This document shows positions 34,690 to 45,323 of a stretch of 64,000 bases of DNA, piece after piece. The translations under genes and the position numbers were made by a program. This stretch comes from an uncultured cyanobacterium. Its GTDB lineage: Bacteria; Cyanobacteriota; Cyanobacteriia; Cyanobacteriales; CAWCAG01. Each line of letters opens with the position of its first letter. The first letter of the stretch is position 1. The stretch spans positions 192,001-256,000 of the forward strand of contig CAWCAG010000005.1 of assembly GCA_963793425.1 (NCBI GenBank), written 5' to 3'. Under the pieces are notes generated by a model, which worked only from the letters and a program-made list of their open reading frames with translations, did not search any database and was not told the origin of the DNA.

Positions 34690-36146
34690 ATGAAAATTCA
34701 CTGCACCCGTCCTGGTTGTCCCCGACCAGAAAACTTTTTTGCCGATCTTGATGACGAAAATACCCTAATTACCACCCAGCAGAAGTATTGTACTTCTTGC
34801 GGAATGCCTCTGATTTTAGCAGGGCGTTATATTCCCTCAAGACTCCTCGGAAAAGGAGGTTTTGGTGCAGCATTTTTGCCCGCGATCGCTATACTCCCAC
34901 TAAGCGTCAGTGCGTAGCGAAACAGTTTCAACCTCCTGCCAATCTTAATCCTCAACAGTTACAAATTGCTAAAACCCTTTTTGAAAGAGAAGCTGAGGTT
35001 TTGGAGCAGTTGGGAAATGAGCATCCCCAAATCCCTAATTTATATGCCTTTTTTCCCCTGATTGTTCCAGGTATCAAATCTAGTGGAGATGACCAATTTT
35101 TCTATTTGGTACAGAAGTTTATTGATGGAGAAGATTTAGAACACGAATTGGCTCGTAAGGGTAAATTAACAGAAGAGGAAATTAGAGAAATTCTCAGGGA
35201 AGTCCTGAAAGTTCTTAGCTTCGTTCACACCAACGGCTCTATTCACCGAGATATTAAACCCTCCAATATTATGCGGGAGAAGGGAGGGCGTTTATATTTA
35301 TTAGATTTTGGTGCAGTGAAGCAAGTAACCAATGCCCCAGGGGCAGCCGCAGGAAGATCCACAGGCATTTTCTCCATGGGCTTTGCTCCTCCAGAACAAA
35401 TGGCAGGTTCTCAAGTTTATCCTTCTACAGACTTATATGCTTTAGCCGCAACTTGTCTTAATTTACTTACAGGTAAAGATACAGAAGAATTATACGATTC
35501 CTACAATAATAACTGGGACTGGAAACCCCAAGCACAGGGAGTTAGTCCTCAACTAGCTGAAGTTCTTGATAAGATGTTACGGCGTACTCCTCGTGAACGA
35601 TTTCAAAGCGCCCAAGAGGTTTTGGATGCCCTCAAACCTCCTCAAAAATATAGTCCGCCACCGCCACCCCCTACACGTACACCTACTCCTACTCCTAAAC
35701 CAACCCCAACTCCCCCTCCAATTCAGCAGCCTCCACCTGTAACAACTCCTGCCCCTACACCAGTTCAGTCTCCAGTCAAAGTCAAACAAGGTATGACTTT
35801 TTCTTTGATAGAGACTCTGGGTGCGGCTGCTTTTACTGGTTTTGAGGGAGGACTACTATTTGTCGCTTTTGATAGCTTATTCGACTCGCCAGGGGTGAGT
35901 ATGGGGCTTTTTGGTATGGTACTGGCAGGACTCATTTTTGCTGAATTTCGTCGCTTTATTGAAAAGTGGGATTTTACTATTATTGGAGTAATTACTCTGC
36001 TATTGGTAATGTTTGTTCCTTTGCTCAATGATGCTGTAGGAGATAAAGCTATTATCTTAGGCATAGCTATTTTTGCTGCCGCCGCCGCAGTAGCAATTAC
36101 CGCTCTTTTCCGCTTGATTTATTTGTTGTTATCTAAGTTTCTTTAA
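34690..36146 (+). pseudogene. membrane-anchored Ser/Thr kinase with N-terminal 4-Cys prefix, split by a 1-nt frameshift at ~34875 (possibly a sequencing error)
   Basis: CTRPGC...CTSC and LGKGGFG in ORF1; adding one base gives AFLARDRY and joins HRDIKPSN, DFG, Pro linker and TM tail. Confidence 0.85.
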
Positions 36147-36354
36147 GCTTCAAATTCAGCCACCTCAAAAACGGGGAACTACCCTTAACTGTAATCGGGG
36201 AAACCAATACCGCCACAATTAACCTGTGCTAGTAAACTGAATCTAGTATGACTCATCATCATATATAGTGATGATATTCTTCTATAGACTTCTAGGATAA
36301 AAAGTAGAGAATAATTGTCCTAAACACTATGTTGACTGCATAAGCGAAATAACA

Positions 36355-36570
36355 ATGGTTAAAAAAGAAGAGCAAACCTCCCCCCAACCTGCCCAAAAGA
36401 CACAACAAGAAGAATATCAAGAAGCACTATTAAAAACAGGTATTCAAGCAGCAAACTTACTCACCGAATTAATAGACTTAAAAATCATGCCAGACCCCCG
36501 CGCGAAAGAAATGGCTGATGTGGCTATAGAAGTAATTAAATTAGTAAATTCTCAATCTAGAGATACTTAA
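36355..36570 (+). CDS. small hypothetical protein, copy 1 (upstream of toxin locus)
   Basis: 71-aa ORF; paralogue at 46311-46524 differs mostly at synonymous sites. Confidence 0.75.
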   Translation: MVKKEEQTSPQPAQKTQQEEYQEALLKTGIQAANLLTELIDLKIMPDPRAKEMADVAIEVIKLVNSQSRDT

Positions 36571-36813
36571 ACTATCAACAAGAAGCCCAACAACTTAATA
36601 CTAACTTTGAAGCAATAGATGATGGCAGTATAATAATTTATAAATTTCCGCAATCTTAGTTTCTGAGCAGGAGAAAACTAGGGAATTGCTCTGACGATAA
36701 AGTACATTTCTTCCCAAGTTGCCAAAAATTGGTGGTAAAGTAGGAAAAATTGCTCTGGGGTAAAAATCTTAGGGCAAAAGGCTTAACTTGGCAAAAGTTC
36801 CCCAGGATGAATA

Positions 36814-39800
36814 ATGGCTAGCTACGAACCAATCAAAAAGCCCAGTTTTCAACCTCCCCAGCATTCCCAACCATCAAAACAACAGCATCACCAAGTCCCA
36901 CCGCCGCAGCAAAAAAAGGGACAAAGCCTAGAAGAAATGGAAATAAGTCGCAAAAATGCCGAACGCCTTGGCGACCATATAGTTAACTTTTCTAAATCGG
37001 CTCCAACTCCAGCAATTCAAAGCAAATCAACCACAGAAAAACTTGGAGATAACAATGAGCAAGAAACTGAAGCTGTAGAAACTGAAGTAGTAAAGACAAG
37101 TAACACTCCTTCTACTCCTGAAACTCCTAAAGATAGTAACAATCAAGAAAATCCAGAAGGAATCAATGAAGGTACAACCTCACCAGAAACCTCAATTTGG
37201 TTACAACGTTCTCAGAATCTAGTCTTACAACAGCAGCAACAAAAGCAAGCTTTACTAGCACAAATGGGGGAAAGGTATCAAAGATTTCAAGCCGTAGGTA
37301 GTAATCTTTATAGCCCTGAAACAACATCTCAACTCCAGTCAGAAAACTTAACAGGAGAAGAAGTTCGCCTAGAAAACATTGAACCATCACAGATAAGTAG
37401 CACTCCCTCCACCCCAGAGCAAAACGATTCGGGCGCATCGATTCAAACTAAGTGTGATGTTTGTGAAGCTAAAGAAAAAGAAGAAACCTCAGAAGTACAA
37501 GCCAAACTAACAGTAGGACAACCAGGGGACAAATACGAAACCGAAGCAGATACCACAGCAGCCGAAGTTGTAAAACAAATCAACTCTCCAGCAACTGAGG
37601 AATCAGTATCAGAAAAGGTAGAACCAGTAGACCAACCGACGGTAATGCGTCATGGTGGAGAGCAAGGAGGAGGAGTAGACTCTGGTGTAGAGCAAAATAT
37701 TCAAGGAGCCAAAGGTAGTGGGCAGGAACTATCTGAAAAGATTAAAGAGCCGATGGAGCAGGCATTTGGGTCTGACTTCAGTCAAGTTAAAGTGCATACC
37801 GACGGTAATGCCAATCAGTTGAATCGCTCCTTAAATTCGCGGGCATTTGCTACAGGGCAGGACATCTTTTTCAAACAAGGAGAATACAACCCTGAGAATA
37901 CAAGTGGACAGGAATTGATAGCCCACGAATTAACTCATGTTGTACAGCAAAATGGTAGTAAAGTTCAACGTAAGTCAGATAACGAGCAACAAGACATTAG
38001 TTCAAAAGCAAATCAGGAATTGGGGAAGTAGAAACAGAAGCAAACACAAAAGAAATAGAAGTTCAAGCTATTGAACAACCTTCACTAGACAATCCTACTC
38101 AACCTCAGCAAAAAGAAAATCTCCAGAATCATCAACCGACAGAACCTCAGCCAGAAACTAAACCCCAAGAAAACCCTCCAAAGCTCAACCAGAGAATAAG
38201 TTAAACAAATCAATAGCCAAACTACCTCAAAAAGAAAACAAACTAACAAAAGCAGAAAACAAAATTGCTGATGCAAGCCTAAAACTAGGAATTAAAGCCA
38301 AAGTAATTGACCAAAAAGAAACTCAGTCACAAAAAGAAAACAAAGAGCCAAACAAACTCAACCAACCTGAAAACCAGGAAGTAGACTCAGCAGCAACACC
38401 TCCTACAACGGAAGAAGAAACTCAACAGCAAGCGAACCAAGAAGAAACACAAGCCCATAACCCGGAAGCGCCACAAGAAACAGAAGGTAATAGTATTGCC
38501 GTAGACATCCCAACCCCCAACTTATCTCAAAGAGATTCGGGTGTTTCTTTAGCAGATATGTGGCAACAACAGCAGGAGCAAAGTGACAATGCTGGTGGTA
38601 ACTTTGCCCAAGGCAGATCCAACAAAGAACCTAAAGCTGCATTAGAAGAAGCTCTTGCAACAAGCTCAACAAAAACTTACATCTCATTCCTCAACCGGTG
38701 CAAACCTACCAAAATCTGCATCTTTGCCTCAACCTCAAGTTGAGCAAGTTGAAAAACCCCCAACGGAAACTGCTGCTACTACAGAAGCTCCTGCTGTTAC
38801 CGACTCTGTTGCAGAAGCTACTTCTCTAGAAGAAAAACCAACAGATGTTGAAGCCGTTGCAGGAAGTTCTGAGCAAGTCACAGAAGTAGCAAAGGAAGGA
38901 GAAGCATCACCAGAGAAAGAGAAAGAATCAAGCTCCTGGTGAAACTGTACCTCAAACAGAAGAAAAAGTATCTTCGGAAACTGAAGCAGAATTAGAAGTA
39001 AAGGAAACAGAAGAGCCAATAGCTACAGAAGTAAAAGAGGAAGAAGTAGAAGTTCCTGAAGCTCAGGAAAAGCAAGCAGAAACAGAAGTTGAGGCTGAGG
39101 TTAAAGTAGCAGAAGAAGCTCTCACAGAGAATAGCCTTTCTCAACAAGAAGTTCAATCTGGTCAAGTTATTCAAAAGAGTGATGATGGCGACAACGAGGC
39201 TAATTTAATAGCCAAAGCCAAAGGTGTCTTAAACTCTTTGCGGGGTGATGCTCAAGGTAAGAAAGGTAAATTGCAAGGAGATGCTTCTGGGAAAAAGGGT
39301 CAAATAGATGGGGCAAAGCAGCAGCAAGGTAGTCAGATAGATGCTGGCAAGCAGGCAAAGGGTGCTGAATTAGATGCTGGCAAACAAGCGAAGGGGGCTG
39401 AATTAGATGCTGGCAAACAAGCGAAGGGGGCTGAATTAGATGCTGGCAAACAAGCAAAAGGTGCTGAATTAGATGCTGGCAAGCAGGCAAAGGGAGCTGA
39501 ATTAGATGCTGGCAAACAAGCAAAAGGTGCTGAATTAGATGCTGGCAAGCAGGCAAAGGGAGCTGAATTAGATGCTGGCAAACAAGCGAAGGGGGCTGAA
39601 TTAGATGCCGACAAACAAACCAAAGGTGCGGAACTTCAATCAGCAGTAGAAGGAAAAGGTAGTGAAGTAGAAGCAGGAAGCCAAGCTAAAGGAAACGAAC
39701 TGCAAACCGAAGCTCAAACCAAAGCGGCTGAATTGCAGGGGGAAGAAGCAGGGTTAAAACAAGAAACCACAGCTAAAGAACAAGAAATACAGACCAACGT

Positions 39801-42531
39801 TGGTAATCAAGTTGCATCCTTAGAAAATCAAGCTCTTGCAGGTAAAGGGCAAATCGAAAGTAGTTGGGCAGCCTTAGAAAGTAGTGCCACCACTCAAATG
39901 ACCGGGCTAGAAACAGAAGCCCAACAGTTTTCGCAAACCTACATGGCCAAAGCCCAAAGCTTCGTAGCTAAAGTTAATAACACTCCTCAAGGACAAGGGG
40001 ATAGTCAAGCCTTACAAGCAGAATGGCAGGGCTTAAAAACAGAAGTAGAATCAGTTTGGGGTGGAATTGAAAGTAAAGTCGCCCCGGTTAGCCAAAAAGT
40101 AGAGCAGGATTGGCAAGGATTAAATCAAAAAGCCCAAAACTTAACAGGACAAATCCAACAACAAGGGCAACAGGTTCAAGCCTCTGTCAACCAATCTGTA
40201 AGTAACATCGGGGGTCAATTCAGCTCCAAATGGGCAAACTTAACCAACAAAGCCTCCCAAGGACTAGCCAACTTCCAGGGTAAAATTGGGGCAGCAGAAG
40301 CTTGGGTAAGTAGTAAAGTTAGTAACCTTGGTAGCTGGGCAGCAGAGAAAACGGGAGCAGCCACAGCTTGGTTAAGTGCCAAAACCAGTGGTGCAGGAGC
40401 TTGGGCAGAAGAGAAAGTAGCCACAGCCTCTAGTTGGTTAGGAGAAAAAGTCAACGTTGCTAACAGTTGGCTAGGGGAGAAAACCAGTAGTGTAACCTCT
40501 TGGGTTACTGAAAAAGCTAGTAGTGCTGGAACCTTCATCAGTGGAAAAGCTACTCAAGCCACCTCTTGGTTAACCCAGAAAAGTAGTAACGCTGCCAACT
40601 GGCTAACCCAGAAAGGAGCCACCGCCCAAAGTTGGTTAGCTCAAAAAGGAGCCACCGCAGTCAGTGCTGTAACCCAAAAAGCCAGTTCCTTTAGCAGTGG
40701 TTTACAAGCTAAAGGAGCAAGCGCAGCTTCGAGTATCCAATCCAAAGGAAGTTCCATCTTAAAATGGTTAGGAGGTGCAGTAGGTTCAGTAGTATCAGGG
40801 GTACAAAGTAAAGCTAGTAGCTTGGTATCAGGATTACAAAGTAAAGTATCTAGTGCTGCTAGTTGGGTACAACAGAAGAGTAGCAGTGCCACGAGTTGGT
40901 TAACCAGTAAAGCCAGTAGTGCAGCAAGTTGGGCGCAACAGAAGAGTAGTAGTGCCTTAAGTTGGCTATCTAGTAAAGCAAGTAGTGCAACGAGTTGGGT
41001 ACAAAACAAAGGTTCTCAGAGTGTAAGTTGGTTACAACAAAAAAGTAGTACTGTTGGTAGTTGGGTACAAAACAAAAGTTCCCAGTCTTTAAATTGGCTC
41101 CAACAAAAAGGAAGTGCCGTTGGTAGTTGGCTACAAAACAAAGCATCTCAAGGGGTAAACTGGCTCCGGGAAAAAGGAACTGCTGTTGGTAATTGGGTTA
41201 AAGAAAAAGGCTCCCAAGCTTGGGAGGGAGTGAAGCAATTAGGAGAATTAGGTAACAAGGCTCTGCGATTTGCTGGTAATGGTATTAAAGCGGGTTGGCA
41301 GTGGAGTAAAAATAAAGCTGGGGAGATTAAGAGTTGGGCGGTACAGAAAGCCTCTCAAGGATTAGCCTGGGCTAACAATAAGTTATCCCAAGGTTGGAAT
41401 TGGGTACAGGATAAATGGGGTGCTGTTAGCAAATGGTTGAGTGAGCGCTATTCAACTATCAGCGCTTGGGGACATGGCATTTTGGATTTTGTAGGTATTG
41501 CTGGAGACTTTATACCTGGAATAGGAAACCTAGTTGCTTTTGGTGCTGATGCTATAAACACTCTTTGGTATGCAGCAGAAGGTGATTGGACAAATGCTGG
41601 CTTATCAGCAGTTGCCATGATTCCTTATTTAGGTTGGGGAGCAAAAGGTGGTAAATATGCTAGTAAAGGTCTTAAATATGCAGATGACATTGCAGAATTA
41701 GCGACTAAGTATGGCGATGAGGCGATGGAGTTATTTACTAAGTATGGTGATGAAATTGCTCCATTGATTAAAAATGGCCCTGAAGTAGTAGAAGCCATTA
41801 TCAAAAATCCAGAAGCTGCGGAATTATTCATCAAGCATGGGGATGATGTCATTGCGAAGTACGGCGATGATGGTATTCAAATGTTATCCCAAGGAATACT
41901 AGCAAAACGAGTAGCTTCTGATGGTCATACTCTAAAAGTTCTGGCAAATGGGAAGATAGTACGTTGTTCAACTTGTGGGGAACTTGCTGAAAAGTTTGCA
42001 GAAGAATTAGCAGATCCTAAAAATAAACAACTAGCTGAATGGTTTAGGAGTGTTCAGTCAAGAGCGGCAAAAAATCCAGAAGCAGTCGCTGATGAAGTAA
42101 AAATTATTGAACAGCAGTTACAAAGTGTTAAACAAACAAAACAAAAAGCACCAACAAAAGTTGTTTCTCCAACTGCTAAACCCAAGAAAAGTAGTGGTAA
42201 GTTACCGCAGGATATAGGGAAAATGATGAAAAGCCAGAAAATAGCTCCCGATATCCTCAACAAAGGAGTACACTTCAATGTTGGCAAAGTTGAACTCAAA
42301 CTTGTGCCTTCAGGAAGTAGTTTTAAGTTAGAACCTGTTTTCAGTAGTTATAAAGAAGTAGATGTTGCTAATGCTGTTCGCAAAGCAACAGAAGCTTTAG
42401 ATAACTCTCAATTTCAGAAATGGCTTCTGAAGCACGCAAAAGCTGGTCTGGGAATGGCACAGCAAGCAGAAAAAACAAAGAGAGCAAAATACTTTAACGA
42501 GGTTATCAAAATTCTCGAAGAAACACAATGA
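36814..42531 (+). CDS. DUF4157 (eCIS core) polymorphic toxin carrier, ~1,905 codons when four frameshifts (~38024, ~38180, ~38656, ~38928) are bridged
   Basis: QAKLTVGQPGDKYE.EAD and MEQAFGSDFSQVKVH...AFATGQDIFF...LIAHELTHVVQQ; contiguous E/Q-rich frames link to ORF 39238-42531 with repeats, HGILDFVG pre-toxin segment and variable tip. Confidence 0.82.
39337..39633 (+). repeat. nine tandem 33-bp coding repeats encoding (L/I)DAGKQAKGAE
   Basis: ttagatgctggcaa(a/g)ca(a/g)gc.aa.gg.gctgaa x8 plus one degenerate unit; variation mainly at third codon positions. Confidence 0.95.
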
Positions 42532-42983
42532 TTAATATGCAAGTTGATTACTTTACTTTTATCGCAAATGGTGAGTTTGGGCAGTTCAAATTTGGAACTT
42601 TCTGGAATGAAGTTATTAAGGTGTTAGGAGTTCCGCCACTTTATGAACCAGCAGGTGAGGAGACAGCAGCATTAGCACGCTATGGAGACTTAGAATTTGC
42701 AATTCTAGATGAACGAATCGTTACCGTTTCCTTGGATATAAATTACTCTAAAATAGAGCTTCCAACAAACATTATTGTTAAAAACTTCGAGAAGCCTCAA
42801 TTAGAAATAGTAAAAGTACAAGATATCCTAGAAGTACACAACGTTACTTGGGAGCGTATTGAATTCTTATGTGACGACTGGATTGATTATTATCGTACTT
42901 CTACTGGTGTACACCTCTCATTTGGAAAAAAACTACTTGGCAAAGTAGGTGCAGCCAGTCCTGACAAGTTATGGGGTATGTAA
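42528..42983 (+). CDS. putative immunity protein for the main toxin
   Basis: ATGA overlap with the toxin stop; 151 aa; no recognised family. Confidence 0.7.
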   Translation: MINMQVDYFTFIANGEFGQFKFGTFWNEVIKVLGVPPLYEPAGEETAALARYGDLEFAILDERIVTVSLDINYSKIELPTNIIVKNFEKPQLEIVKVQDILEVHNVTWERIEFLCDDWIDYYRTSTGVHLSFGKKLLGKVGAASPDKLWGM

Positions 42984-43020
42984 ACCAGTAATATAATGTA
43001 GCATTTGAGTCAAGTTTAAG

Positions 43021-43394
43021 AACAACTACGACACCATCAGCAAGTAGGGACATGGTATCCTCGATTTCGTTGGCACGGCTGCACCCTTTATCGGTGCAGT
43101 AGCTGGAGGTGTTGCTGGAGGAATAGCTGGTGCAGCAGCAGGCGGTGTAGGGGCAATACCAGGAGCTTTAGCTGGTGCAGGAAAAGGATGGGCTATTGGA
43201 AGTAAGGTAGGTGATATAGCCGATGGTGTCAATGCCGGATGGTATGGCGCAGAAGGGGCATACTATGCTTCACAAGGAGATGAGGAGAAAGCAAAAGACG
43301 CATTTACTAATGCAGCTTTCTCATCAGCAGGTGTAGCACTCCCGTGGGTACTGTAATTCCCAAAGGAGGACCCAAAATAGGGCCGAATAAGTAA
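43021..43394 (+). pseudogene. orphan toxin cassette 1: startless pre-toxin segment with toxin domain deleted
   Basis: NYDTISK*GHGILDFVG...ADGVNAGWYGAE...YYASQGDEEKAK...GVALPWVL*, then an out-of-frame tail GTVIPKGGPKIGPNK* whose TAA overlaps the next ATG. Confidence 0.8.
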
Positions 43395-43756
43395 TGACTT
43401 TCACACACTTTAATATACCTAGTGAACTTGAATTTTTAGAAGCATTTGGTGTAGAACCAAAGAATGCTAAACCTTCTGATGGTTTTTGGGACTATATTTT
43501 TGAAGGAGAGAATGGACTTAGCTTAAGGCTATCTTTCAATCAACATGAAGGCTCGATTCAAACCGCACTAATTCAAGGAAAGTTCGAGATAGCAACTATT
43601 AGCCATGAAGGGGCTGAAAATCTTGAGATTGTTTCAATGGTAAATGGTAACACAAAACTTTTAGGTACTTGTAATTACGGAAATGAGACAATCAATTTGG
43701 TTATCGAAATTAGTCCTAAGTTATATGTTAGTTGGTCATCACTTAAAAATGAGTAA
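43394..43756 (+). CDS. putative orphan immunity protein
   Basis: Intact 120-aa ORF with TAATG coupling to the cassette 1 tail. Confidence 0.7.
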   Translation: MTFTHFNIPSELEFLEAFGVEPKNAKPSDGFWDYIFEGENGLSLRLSFNQHEGSIQTALIQGKFEIATISHEGAENLEIVSMVNGNTKLLGTCNYGNETINLVIEISPKLYVSWSSLKNE

Positions 43757-43796
43757 TGCTTATTTAGGATAATACGGAACTCAGTCAAGATAAAAA

Positions 43797-45323
43797 AACT
43801 ACGACACCATTAGCAAATGGGATCATGGCATCCTCGACTTTGTAGGATTAACAGCCCCGTTTGTAGGAGCAGGCATCGGCTTCATCCTTGGTGGTCCTCC
43901 AGGGGCAACAGCAGGGTGAGCTGCCGGAGAAGTAGTTGGTAACATAGCTGATGCAGCCAATACAGGTTGGTATGGTAGTGAAGCAACTTACTATGCTTCC
44001 CAAGGAGATGAGGAGAAAGCTAAAGAAGCCTCAGTCAATGCGGCTTTTTCTGGAGCAGGCGTGGCTCTACCTTTGGTAGGTGGACGTGCGCTCAAGTGGC
44101 TGGGTAAAACCAAGGCCGGTAAGTTGGCAGGAGAGGGATTCCAGGCTTTGGGTAAGAGCAAGGTAGGTAAGTTAACCGGAGAGGGTCTGGAGTGGGCAGG
44201 TAAGCAAGGAAGTAAAGGAGTAGATTGGGCAGCTAAGCAAAGGGAGAATGTGATTGAGTGGGGTGGTAAGGCTGTTAAGGGGGCAGGTGAGCGTGGTAAG
44301 GAGATGCTTAGACCTGTCGATGAGTTGCTGACTGGGCGTAACATGGAGATGGTGGGTGTCCCTGGGGGAGGGAAACCCAGGGCTAGTACTCCGAAACCTG
44401 CACCTCATGCTCCTAGACCTAATGCTAGTAAGCCGACTAATGCTGGCAAGGTTAAACCAGAAGGAACTGATGAAATAGCCAATGCTGAAAAGGTTGCAGA
44501 TGATCCTGAAGCGGTGAAAACCCTAACGGATACTGCTCCTAAACAGCGACTAGATGACTTATCTTCCAAAGAGTTGGATACAGAGTTGGAGTTGGCAGGA
44601 GATTTACCCCGTAAGCAAATTAATGAGCCGCCTTACATTGAGGAGGTAGAACTTCCCAACGGACATGAATGGAAGCGTCAAGAAGATGGAACTTGGTGTC
44701 GTTTTTCTGAGCCGAAAGGTGATAATTGTTTGTATTCTGATGCTAAAGAATTAGTCGATACAGTTAACAAAGATGCCCAAGAGGTAATAGCAGGAACAGG
44801 CAAAAATCAAAGAAGAAAGATGGCTGCAACTTCTAGGGCTGGTTCCTCAGAATCTGGAACAATCACCCAGCATTTTGAGAATATAAAACCCACTCAGCCC
44901 ACTCATGAATTTCCGGGATTTGAAGTGACAGACAAATTAGATGATGGTTTTGTGATAACTGTGAAATCTCCAGATAAATTTATGGAGGAGCTGACCATTA
45001 TTTATGACAGGCAGGGAACAACCCTACATCCAAAGCTAGAAGAGAAAATCCGAAATTTAGTCAGTGGAAAGGGAAGAACATTCTCAAGTAGAGACGGAGT
45101 TCCAGGACTTCATGCTGAAGTTCTGGCGGTTAATGCAGAACTTCATAAATTAACTGAGAAGGGAGAGGAAATTACAGAAGAAGTACTTAAAAAAATAGAT
45201 GTTGCAACATATAGAGTTACTCCCAATCCAAAAAACTTGGAAGGAAAGCCTTTTCCAGCTTGCCCTAATTGCACCAAAATACTACAAGATAACAACATAC
45301 TAACTGGAGTAACAGAAAAATAA
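43797..45323 (+). pseudogene. orphan toxin cassette 2 with C-terminal YwqJ-like deaminase domain (startless; TGA at 43917; open from there through ORF 44061-45323)
   Basis: NYDTISKWDHGILDFVG...; deaminase motifs GLHAEVLAVN and PFPACPNC. Confidence 0.82.

Noticed and set aside
36170..36215. ggggaa...aactgtaa segment as a cobalamin riboswitch
   Set aside because: Lacks the conserved core stems and is not upstream of a B12-related gene.
39337..39633. 33-bp repeats as a CRISPR array
   Set aside because: Head-to-tail with no spacers, in frame within a CDS, third-position variation, no cas genes.
43762..43789. atttaggataa-tacgga-actcagtcaag as a true dif site
   Set aside because: Left arm resembles a Xer arm, but the right arm lacks the inner TTAT; kept only as an unexplained junction motif.
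39200..44408. Antisense ORFs (39200-39556, 39333-39623, 40215-40538, 40641-41009, 43026-43232, 43991-44344 and others)
   Set aside because: Shadows of repetitive or Gly/Ala-rich plus-strand coding sequence.
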